From Proteromonas lacertae (Eukaryota): 64,000 bases of DNA. Within the stretch, counting starts at the first letter, position 1. Each line of letters begins with the position of its first letter. The DNA is taken from positions 434,001 through 498,000 of the forward strand of contig NGBS01001160.1 of NCBI GenBank assembly GCA_002245135.1, given 5' to 3'. Shown piece after piece: positions 39,166 to 50,634 of the stretch. The notes under the pieces were generated by a model, which was given only the letters and a program-made list of their open reading frames with translations, did not search any database and was not told where the DNA came from. The translations under genes and the position numbers were made by a program.

Positions 39166-39682
39166 CTAATCACCTACATCAAAAACATCATCTCCTCCTG
39201 CATCATCTGAATCTTCATCATCTTCTGACTCTTCATCATCAGGATGGGGTGTTGTTTCTTGAGATATATTCTCAGCTACATCAATACAATCTTCTAATAA
39301 TGACATTACTGTTAAAGAACCTATTTCTTCTCTCTTTTGTGGGATTTTATAGTGTAAAGGAGCTGGACAAGACGCTGAATATTCTCTTTGTGGTGGAATT
39401 TCATCTGCAGATATGGTATCCAAATCTCTTTTAGAACAGGATCTATGCATTAGTGATCTTTTCACATTCTGTGTTTCAGTCTCTTCTGGCAATGATTCAG
39501 GTAATGAAAAATCGGTTAAATAAAGTTAATGATAACAATATTATAGTGTAGTAAACTAGAAAAAAAGATATGCAAATCGATCATAGGCCCAGGGTGAGAA
39601 CAAAGTCTTGGACGCGGTGGATAATCATGAACTAACAAATATAACATCATAATATACATTCCGCTGGTAATGATTGTGACAT
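39166..39682 (-). CDS. Small acidic hypothetical protein containing a U12-type intron
   Basis: MSQSLP start; a 26-nt GT-AG intron, then an ATATCTTT intron, lead into ORF 39166-39492. Confidence 0.6.
39516..39571 (-). other. Minor-spliceosome (U12-type) intron, AT-AA (or AT-AC) termini
   Basis: 5' ATATCTTT, branch-point-like TCATTAAC 9 nt before the 3' end; removal gives IDLP-DFSLPESL in frame. Confidence 0.7.
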
Positions 39683-39833
39683 TCTATATACTTCTTTTGA
39701 ATATTTTAGATTTTATTAAAGGAGCTTAAATTATGTAATGACAATAACAAATGGAATTAATTAACTTGTCTTTAGATGAATAAAGAAATATCAGATGATT
39801 AAAATTATACTTGAGTTTGACAAGCTTTTTAAA

Positions 39834-40690
39834 ATGCTTCAATTGCTTTTTTTGGCCTTGCTACTTCTAAATTGTGCTAGTTCTTATGCAGACAATAATA
39901 TGTTCTATTTTGTATACATGACCAGATGTTATGCATTAGGTCCCGAAGAAAACTACACAATGTTCTTATGCAAACATCAATGAAGGAAATTATATGTATG
40001 TAGAAGTTATGGTGAAGAAAGGCAATAATTATACTACCCATTTTTATGTATTTATTTTTAAATTATAAAAATAGGTTGAAGCACCAAATACAGATAATCC
40101 AAAACCAATTGACCAAGTTATTAATTCACTTAAAGGACAATACGATGAAGAAATTCAATCTGAACCACAAACTTATGTATTATATTTATATTCATAATTG
40201 TTTGATTATATAGTATCTTGATTTCAGTGCAGATATAAAAGGAACCTATGCTCTTTGTTTTGAAAATACCGCAGATGAAGATTTATACACCGTTTTGTCA
40301 TTATCAACAAATGGAGGATATGATGATGATTATTATTATGAAAGAGAAAGATATGGTCGTTATGGTTATAACGGATACAATGCAGATGATGATGCATTCT
40401 ATGATGATGATGTTAATATGAAAAGAAATGAATATTCTCATTTAGATGCTTATAATATTGAGAATTTAGAATATTCTGTTAATTCCTTAGAAACTGATGT
40501 TGATGATATGGTTGGAGATATTAATACATATTGGAATTTAACAATGGAACATTCTACTACTTTTGAATCAAGAAAATCTGAGATTAAGAAACTAGCTTTG
40601 ATCGCTATGGTTACTTATGTGATTGCTGCTGGAGTCAATATATTAGTAATAACAAGATGGTTATCTAAAACAAATCTACCAATTAATTAA
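39834..40690 (+). CDS. p24/emp24 GOLD-domain cargo receptor family protein
   Basis: Signal peptide, FYFVPKKTTQCSY, GTYALCFEN, coiled coil, C-terminal TM helix and short tail. Confidence 0.75.
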
Positions 40691-40878
40691 AAACATAATT
40701 TTTTTCTACATTTATCTTAATTTTTATTAAAGAATTAGTTTATTTCATTTTTTTTAAATATTTTTATTATAAATTGGGTTAATAAATACAATTAAACAAA
40801 TTATATATATATATTATTTATTTATTAAATATTATTATTAAATCATATTTACTATTTCAATACTATACAATTTCATTT

Positions 40879-41944
40879 TTATTTTCTACAAATATCACTC
40901 AATGAAGCAACACCAGCTGTATTCTGAGTTCTGCCTTCAATTCCTTTATGCTCAAATCGAGCAACATGAGCTCCAGTATATAGTGATTCATCTGTTAATT
41001 TATCAAATATATCTTTCTTATTCTTCTGTTCTTCCATTTGTCTTATCTTCTTCGCCACTAATGGTCCAAGTATGTTTATTATATCATTCTGTATAGAAAC
41101 ATATCCTTCTTCTACAGTCATATCTGGATATTTCTTCTCTGCTAGTAGATATAACGATTGATCAAATTCTTTGAATGATATTTTCTTTATTCCTTGTGGT
41201 TTTACTCTTGTATATATTAATTCTAATGATGTTGTATTAGTACTTCCTTTTTCATTGGTAAATTTACCATCTCTGCATAATTTAATAAACTGCTGACAAT
41301 CCATTAAGAATTGTTCATTTGGTAATGGAACTGTACAATAACTTTCAAATATTTTTTGAACTGACAAGTTACTATTAAGATTTCTGCAGGAACCACTGAG
41401 TGTTGATCGATTTAATATACTTGTACGCCTTATACTGGATCTTCTACCCATTGGAGAATCTGTATTGATCATTGAATTTCTTTTTGAAGAAGGAGACTGA
41501 GAGAAACTATGTCTTCCACTTATAGGAGTTAATTGATTTGTTTGGAATAATCCATCTGCTTCTTCTACTGTACAAATTGTCAGTGGACCTTGGGAAACAC
41601 ATATTGTTTCTGTTAATGTCCTTACAGCATCTTCTGCGTCACGATCTGGATATTTTTTTACTGCTAGCATTGGAATAGTACGTTTAAGAAAATCATTTAA
41701 AGTAAGTTTTCTTAAACCTTTTGTTTTAGATTTCATAAATATTATATCAACATCTGTTCTACTGAGATGTTTGTCTAAAATCTTTGTTTCTCGAACAAGC
41801 TATATGTTTATATAAAATGATAATTATTCTTACTTTGGCAAATTTGGCATTATCTAATTCTCTTTCAGTAGTTGCACCACCACCGAATGCACAATATTTA
41901 TAAAAAATACCAGCAAGCTGTTCTAATGTCTCTGAATTGGTCAT
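40879..41944 (-). CDS. Multidomain p25-alpha/TPPP tubulin polymerisation-promoting protein
   Basis: Two p25-alpha repeats (LDNAKFAKLVRE...DVDIIF; MDCQQFIKLCRD...LELIYTRVK) plus C-terminal FDKLTDESLYTGAHVARF. Confidence 0.88.
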
Positions 41945-42052
41945 TTTCAATAAAAATTGAAAATAACGAATTGAAACGGTTTGATTTTTTATTACATCCA
42001 ACAAAAAATTCACCCAAAATTTTGAATAACTCTTTTTAAAAATTGAATTTTA

Positions 42053-43826
42053 ATGAAAATAATCGATTTGATAAATGATTCAAAGAAAAGAAATATCCCA
42101 TTCTTTTCTTTTGAATTTTATCCACCACATACTGAAACGGGATTGGAAAATTTGCTTTTAAGAATTGATAGAATGGCTAAAATGGTTCCTTTATTTATAG
42201 ATATTACTTCTTGGGCTGGAATTGAAGAAAAGCAAAGATCTTTGAAATTAGCTACAACTATACAAAAAGTATAAGAGATTTTTTCTTATTTTATAATAGT
42301 TTGCAGGTGTGGAAGTTATGATCCATGTAACATGCACTACTATGACAATAGATGATATTCGACAAACTCTAAATGATGCTAAAGCGGCAGGAATTCAAAA
42401 TGTAATGGCTTTAAGAGGTGATCTACCAAATGGCGAAAAAGATTTCCAAGAAAAGAGTGCTTTTCCACATGCAGTTGATTTAGTTAAGTTTATAAGACAA
42501 GAATATGGAGATACTTTTGGAATTGCTGTAGGAGGATATCCTGACGGTCATATTGAAGCAACAAGTTATGAAGATGATATAAAACACTTAAAAGAAAAAG
42601 TAGATGCAGGAGCTGACTTTATAATTACCCAATTATTTTACGATTATAATCAATTCAAGAAATTTGAGAATGATTGTAGGAATTTAGGTATAAAATGTCC
42701 AATACTACCAGCCTTTATGACATTACAAAGTTACAATACATTTACAAAGATGATTTCCTTTTGTAAAATCAGAGTTCCTAACGAAGAAAGACAGAGAATC
42801 GAAAAATATAAATCCAATGAAACTGAATTAAAAGAATATGGAATAATCATCAATGAAAATTTAATAAAACAATGCCTAAACAGTGGAAGTCCTGGAATAC
42901 ATTTTTACACATTAAATCTAGAGAAATCAGTGAGGAGAATAATATTAGATTTAGATTTATTGAATAACAGTCGTAGATTATTACCATGGCGATCATCACC
43001 ATTATTAATAAGAGAAGGAGAAGAAGTAAGACCAATATTCTGGGCAAATCGACCACAGAGTTATATCAATAGAACTACACAAACAATCAATAATAATAAT
43101 AATAGTAATAATAATGAAATGAATGAGAAATTAGAAGTATCACATGCTACAGCTTTAGCTACATTTGAATTACAACATTCTAATGATAATTATAAACCAT
43201 GGGTTGTTGATATACCCAATATTGATTATGTTAATAATATATTTATATCATTTATTGATGGTAAATTGTCATGTTTACCTTGGTGTGAAAATATTGATAT
43301 TGAAACGGATATAATTGTTGAAAAATTGAGGATGATTAACTCATTGGGATTTCTTACAATTAATAGTCAACCTCAGATTAATGGTGTTGAAAGTAGTGAT
43401 AAGAAATTTGGATGGGGAGGAAGTGGTGGTTTAATCTATCAAAAAGCATATTTAGAATTCTTTTGTAGTCCAGAGAAACTTAGTATTTTATTAAAGAACA
43501 TTGAGAAGTATCCTTCTATTGTATACAGTGCTGTTGATATGAATAATAACTTTTATACTAATTTAAAAGATACAAGTAAACCATTAACTGTTACTTGGGG
43601 TGTTTTTCCAGATAGACCAATTATACAACCAACAATTGTCGATTGTAATAGTTTTTTGATATGGAAAGATGAAGCTTTTGGATTGTGGCAATCTCAATGG
43701 AAGAATTGTTATCCTGCTGAATCAAAATCTGCTGAAATTATTGACTATATTACAAAGAATTATTATTTGGTATTTATAGTAGAGAATGATTATATATATG
43801 GTGATTTATATCGTATTTTTTCATAA
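42053..43826 (+). CDS. MTHFR: Methylenetetrahydrofolate reductase, eukaryotic two-domain type
   Basis: FSFEFYPP, HVTCT, ALRGD, HLKEKVDAGADFIITQLFYD, HFYTLNLE, EEVRPIFWANRP, TINSQP, YQKAYLEFF, VTWGVFP. Confidence 0.96.
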
Positions 43827-43957
43827 TTAATGATAGAATTTAAATCATTTGTTTATTAATATAGTTTTTGTGTTTTTAAAACTCTCCAAATAACAAATAA
43901 ATACATAAAAAAAGTATATTAGTTTATGTAAATATATAAATAAATTAAAAACATAAT

Positions 43958-45179
43958 CTAATTTATTTCTGGTATTTTTTTCATTCTATTGCTCGGAGTA
44001 GTTGTTTGTGAATTTGTTTCATTATTAAGAGCTGGTGTAGCTGTACCACTCGAACCAGAACTACTTTTAGTAATAGTATAATCAATTTTTGGAAATGTCA
44101 CCATTATCACATTATCACTGATTTGCAGATGTTTTACTACCTCTTCACATAATATCGTTACAAGTTCTATATCTTCATTGAAATTCAAATATTCAGATAT
44201 AGATTTATATAAATCTGGTGATCTTATAGCTGGTATATTACACATCATTTTATATATTTTAGAATTAGCAGAACATATATTCTTCAATTCATTAACAGTA
44301 ATTAATTTAGAAAACGGTAAAATTTTATTTTTTATTTCAACCAATAATCCATCAGCACATTTTTTACCATCATAACTTGCTACACTTTCCCATATGTAAA
44401 TATCCACTGGAGCATTATAGCCTTCTACTTTCTTATTAGTGCCATATAAATATATATTTTTATTAATTTGTTTCTTTTCAAAGAAATTCTGAGGCATATA
44501 ACCATTTGGAGATGATTTGGTTGAAGTTGGAGAAGAAGTGGAAGAAGTTGGTGAAATTGATGACTTTAACTGTTTCTTTGAACTTCCTGTTGATAATGGA
44601 CTGGATATATTTGCGACAGTAAGATCAGGTATTTCTTTACAGGGTGGATTTCCAAAGGGACTGTATTTATAAGGTGAATTAATTGGAGATGTTGAAAGTG
44701 GTGATAATTTCTTTGGTTTTGATGGAGCTTTTGCTGGTCTTATGAATTTTGTAGCATTTGGATCATTGAATGATGCACTTACTACTGATTTGGTGGAGGA
44801 TAATCTTCCTAACATACTTTTATTCTGTTCATCGATCTTTTTCATTTCTTCCATTCTTGAACCAATATTCATTGATTTGTAATTTGGATTGTCATGTCTA
44901 TTTTTACGAGTTTTTACTTTAACTATGTTGTTTACGAGAAGGGCATTCTCATAATTGACTTTCTCGTTTCTTTGTTGTTTAAGATAGTCTTCTTTTGTCA
45001 TTCCGTTTGATCTATCTTTTACTTTGTACGACTATGATAAAATAAAATGCAAATAATACATAGGGAAGAGTATCGTCAATCATGGGTTTCATAGCCCAAA
45101 TTCTATACTTGTGACGATTATATTCATGATCATGAAATTTTCTACTTACTGGATCATCATTTAAAGCTGATGTTTGCAT
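43958..45179 (-). CDS. CFAP97/KIAA1430 (Hemingway)-like domain protein
   Basis: HKYRIWAMKPMIDDTLP, VNYENALLVNNI, SMNIGSRMEEMKKIDEQNKSMLGRL resemble the family pattern. Confidence 0.65.
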
Positions 45180-45302
45180 GGATTATTTCAATTTAAAAAA
45201 TCAAAAACGATATTATTCAAAATAAATTTGAAAATATTTTGTCCTTTCATAATGAATATCAAAATCAAACAGATTATTCAAAAGTAAGTATTTAATCAAG
45301 TT

Positions 45303-47013
45303 TTAATAATCAGCATTCTTAGGCCATCTTGGATATGGAATAACATCTCTAATATTCTCAATACCAGTAACATACATCACTAATCTTTCAAAGCCAAGTC
45401 CAAATCCACTGTGTACACAAGTACCATATCTTCTTAAATCTAAATACCATTGTAATCCCTTCTTATCCATCTTCAATTCATCCATTCTTTGTTCTAACAC
45501 TTCCAAATTCTCTTCTCTTTGAGATCCTCCAATCAATTCACCAATAGTTGGGAATAAGATATCCATTGCAGCAACTGTCTTTCCATCTGGGTTTAATTTC
45601 ATATAAAATGCTTTAATTTCTTTGGGATATCCTGTAACAATAACTGGTTTCTTATATATTTTCTCTGTTAAGAATCTTTCATGTTCACTTCCTAAATCCA
45701 TACCCCAATAAGGTTTAACTTCGAATTTACCTAATTCTAAGTTTTCTGGCTTGGATATAATATCTATAGCTTCAGTATAAGTAATTCTTGCAAATGGTGA
45801 TTCTAGACAATTCTTTAATCTGTCTTTCAAGCCTTTCTCAAACATTTTCTCGAAGAAATCTAAATCTTCTGAACAATGCTCTAACACATAAGCAGTACAG
45901 AATTTGACATAATCTTCAGCAACATCCATATCATCATATATATCAGCAAATGCCATTTCTGGTTCAATCATCCAAAATTCACTTAAATGTCTAGCAGTAT
46001 GTGAATTTTCAGCTCTGAATGTTGGTCCAAATGTATAAACATCACCTAAAGCACAAGCGAATGGTTCTACATTTAATTGACCAGAGACTGTTAATTTAGC
46101 GTGTCTCTTGAAGAAATCTCTATTGTAATCTACACCTCCTTCTTTTGTTAATGGTACACCTCTCTATATTACATATATTACACTAGATTATATATACATT
46201 AGCAACATCAGACATTAATGTGGTTACTGTAAACATTTCACCAGCACCTTCACAATCAGCAGATGTAATGATTGGTGTATGGATATATTTAAAACCTCTT
46301 TCATTGAAGAATAAATGTGTAGCAAATGCACAAGCATTACGGACTCTCATAACAGCACCAATCTATTTAATAAATATAAATAATATATAAATATACTGTA
46401 TTGGTTCTTGGACGTAAATGAGCAATATCTCTCAAGAATTCTAATGAATGCTTCTTCTTTGCCAATGGATAGCCAGCTGGATCTGCTAAACCTAATACTC
46501 TGATCTTGGAGGCTTTTACTTCAATAGCTTGACCTTTGGCAGGACTTTCTACAACTAAACCTTCAACATGAAGTGAACTACCAACACCACATTTAGAAGC
46601 TTCATCAAATCCTTCACATTCTCCTTTTTTAGCTAAAGAAGTACAATAATTTGTATAAAATATACCAACAATTTGAATATTTCCCATACAAGATCCATCA
46701 TTTAATGCAATGAATGCTAATGTATCAGCTTCTTGTAAACGCTTTGTTCTTGACCAACCACATACAGTGACATCTTTTCCAATAAACTTTTTACCTTGAT
46801 CTTCTAACAAACAATTAAACAAATGCAATAAATACCAGCATCAATAATTGAGTTAATGTAAATACGCTTTCTGGTGTAATTTAATGGGTATTTCATCTTC
46901 ATTACTGCAACATCTGGATTAATACCTTTTTTATTGGTGATATCAGATGGATCATATTCACTTGGTGTAGGAAGAGGAATACTAGTTTCTGGAACTGATG
47001 GGCACTCTGCCAT
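45303..47013 (-). CDS. Asparaginyl-tRNA synthetase
   Basis: [84 protein letters not shown]. Confidence 0.97.
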
Positions 47014-47402
47014 TTAGAAATGAATGAAATGAATGTCAAAATTACAGAATTACAGGTAATTCTTAAAAATTCCTAAAAAATGACGGAAAAAGAGAATTTA
47101 TGTTTAAAAACTAGATAAATGGTATTTTACTGATATATTTTATTACAATACGATATAATTATGTGTTTTCAAAACATTATTATGAAATGGTACTTTTATT
47201 AAAGCATAATAAATTCATTACACTGTGGGTATTGGAAATATATTTGAATTAAAGCATTTTAAGAGTGAATTATCAATAGAATCGAATATAAATCAAGAAA
47301 AAAAGAAAAACTTCTCAAACACAATCAAGTTTTCTCGAACTTTCTCTTTTTTTACTTTTCAATTTTTAAACAGAATATAACATTTTGAATTGATTTAAAA
47401 CT

Positions 47403-48179
47403 ATGAAACGTAAAATTGATGATTATGAGAGTAATATGGATACCAATACCATTTACAATGAAGCAGATCTGATGAATCTTCCGAAAAGGTATTATTTTTA
47501 TTTGAATTTTACTTTAGAACAAAGTACAGAGCATTGGAGGATGTTGGGGATTTAAAACTGTCGATAAATAACATAGAAGCAAAAGAATTGAAAAGGTATA
47601 TTTTAATGATTGTATTTTTATATTTATTTAGACGTAGAAATGATGATGATGATGATTATAAGGAAAGGCAAGTGAGAAGAAAAATAGGTGTTTGTAATAC
47701 AGGTGATTTCACTTCAGTAGTTGATCCATCTATATCTAAACCACAATCATTAGATATAATTATACATCCCGAAGCTATGAAACAGGAATTGATTAATAGC
47801 TATATGGATGTAGTTCAAAATATGGTTTTTAATAATTTAACAAGGCGTAACACATTAAGATCTATGCCAATTATCCCATGCAAGGAACATATAGATGAAA
47901 ATGATGAAAATGAACAAGTATGTTATGAAATCTTTTTGTTTTTTTGTTCTTTCATCTACAATTATGTTTTATTATTTGTATTTTATAATAATTATAATAT
48001 GATAGAATGGTTGGAATAACACAGAATCTCCGTTTCCTCCTACTTATTGGCCATTAATACCTGGTTCTCCTCCTAATGCAAGAATATTATGTCCAAGATG
48101 TCAGAAAGAGAAATATTATTGTAAATGTCCAAAAGAAGATATAAATATTTCTTTTCCAGATGATCTTGAAGTTGATTAA
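47403..48179 (+). CDS. Hypothetical protein with C-terminal CxxC...CxC motif
   Basis: MKRKIDDY start; three GT-AG introns; last exon has CPRCQKEKYYCKCP. Confidence 0.55.
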
Positions 48180-48307
48180 GTGTTGTTTTGTAATAGTCGT
48201 GTAGATATCATATTTATAATCTATTTTTCTTTTATTTGTTATTTATTATGGTATAATACAAACCCAACAACAAAAATGTTAAAGCATAAGAGATAACCCT
48301 AAATATC

Positions 48308-48703
48308 TTAAACTGTTTGAGCATTGGATTGACCTCCACTTCCACCAATAGCATTTGGGCAGAATGCTTTAATACCGTAGTAGATAACCATGATTACAAC
48401 ACAAATACCACATAAGAGACCAGCTGGGAAACCTCCAAATGTAAAGCATAATACTACATATAATATAAATCTGAAAAGTGGTGGTTCGAAGATCTTGATA
48501 CATGGATCAAGGCAAGATAAGAATGACATTGGTCCTACAACTTCTGGAGCTTCTAATGTGCATACAACAATACCACAAATGATATCTAAGATACCAAAGA
48601 CTATATTTGTAGCACCTCCAGATGCAAAGCACCAGATACCTGAGATAACTAAGCATAATGCAGTAATTAAACCGCAAATGTGAGCAATGCAATCAAAATC
48701 CAT
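48308..48703 (-). CDS. Small multi-pass membrane protein (TVP18/COPI-associated-like)
   Basis: Four hydrophobic segments; LEAP and RFILYV pattern resembles these Golgi membrane families. Confidence 0.55.
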   Translation of the reverse strand: MDFDCIAHICGLITALCLVISGIWCFASGGATNIVFGILDIICGIVVCTLEAPEVVGPMSFLSCLDPCIKIFEPPLFRFILYVVLCFTFGGFPAGLLCGICVVIMVIYYGIKAFCPNAIGGSGGQSNAQTV

Positions 48704-48823
48704 AGTATGATTTAGAAAATCAAAGATTTATTAACTATTGAAAATCAACGAATCAGATTGTATTTTTGCATCTAAAAATTAGGAACGACCCAAATACTGG
48801 ACAGCGATTAAAATGAGCAGATC

Positions 48824-50423
48824 ATGAGCGAGTATTAATTTTATTTATTTCTCTTTATCTAGGCAACAAGAAGAGAGTATTTTTATTTCAAAGTAAGTGT
48901 ATTTCTATAGGTTCACAACCTAAAGAAGAAAATATTCATATAGGTATAGCTATTACTCCATTTTTTCAATATTTATTTTTTTTATATAGAAAATACTTCT
49001 GACACAAATATTCCAAGTATATAATAACTTTACATATTTTTAGAGATATGTAATAACTGTGGAATTGAAGGTCATTTTTCTAGAGATTGTCCCAAAGAGA
49101 GAATGTCATTACTGTCATGAATATGGACATATTGCGAAAAATTGCCCAAAAATACAACACAAATACAAATTATTAACCTGTTTCAACTGTGGCAAATATG
49201 GTCACTTATCACGTGATTGTAGAGAACCAGTATTAATACTTTTAAGATAATTTATAGCTTCAGATTCACAAGGTTGACATAAAACCAACATTTCGAGGAG
49301 GTAGAAGAGATGTACCTCCACCATCGCGTTATAGTGATAGTAACAGTAATTATAAAAGGCCAATTTATAGTAGCAGTTATAACAATAGAAGAAGAAATAG
49401 TAGAAGTAGAAGCAGAAGTACAAGTTATAATAATAATAAGAACAATACTCGTCATTATAGTAAAAGTCGATCAAATAGTATAGACAAAAGAAGGAGAAGT
49501 ACTGTAAGAAGTAGAAGCAGAAGTGCTAGTTATTATAACAATAGAAGGAATACTTATGATAATAGAGACAATTATCAATATAATAATAATCGAAGAAGTA
49601 GAAGTAGAAGTGATAGAAGATATATTCCTGATAATATTGATTATAAAGGAAGAGATGATAGAGATAGTGATAGAAGAAGAGGAAGAAGAAGTGAAGGTAA
49701 TTATTATGAACAAAGAGAAAGTTATAATAAATATAATGATTATGAAAGAAATAATGATTATAGACGAAGAGAAAGTAGTCGAAGTAGAAAAAGAAGTTAT
49801 AGTAGAGATAGAGATACATCAATAGAAAGAAGAGGAAGAGATAATAGTTATTATAAACGAGATGATAGTAGCTATAATAATGATAGAAGAAGAAATGGAA
49901 GAAGTAAAAGTCAGTAGTATGAGTGATAGTCGAAGTAACAGTAGAAATAGAAGAGATAAAGGAGGAAGACGAAGTTATAGTCGAGAAATTGATAGAAGAA
50001 AGAGTATAAGACGAAGTAATAGTCGAGAAAGAGAAAGAGAAAGTGGTGGTGGTTATAGAAGAAATAGAAGTGATAGTCGAGATAGAAGAAGTAGTTATGA
50101 TTATAATAATAGTGGATATATTAGTAGAAGAAATAGTTCAATACCTCCACCACCACCTTCATCTTATATACCTCCTCCTAATTCACTACAACATTCACCA
50201 CCATCATCATATCTATAAACGAGATAGATCTTATAGTAGAAGTAAAAGCAGAAGTTTGAGTAGAAGTATATCATCTAAAAGATCAGTTTCACGTTCAATT
50301 TCACCATCACCATCTAATCCAATGGGAGGAGTTCCTGCTAATAGTGATAGATATATACCACCTGGTTATGTTGATGATAGAAAATATTATGCTCAGAATA
50401 AGAGTAGTGATGCAAGATATTAG
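48824..50423 (+). CDS. CCHC zinc-knuckle + RS-domain (SR-like) RNA-binding protein; two apparent +1 frameshifts
   Basis: Three CX2CX4HX4C knuckles ([42 protein letters not shown]), then long RS/RD repeats. The 5' micro-exons are uncertain. Confidence 0.8.
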
Positions 50424-50634
50424 ATATTTTCAATTTGTGAGTGACATTGTTGGATGATGGAATTGAAATTACTAAAATTTGTTTTTTTTGTATTGAAATT
50501 TTTGAGAATGTTGTGAATATAGGATTAATTGTGAAAATTATATAGAATATAGCGTTTAGAAAAATAAAAATAATAGGATAATAGTAGATAGTTTTGATTT
50601 AATCCAGTAATTTAATATGTAGGCTTGAATTCCT

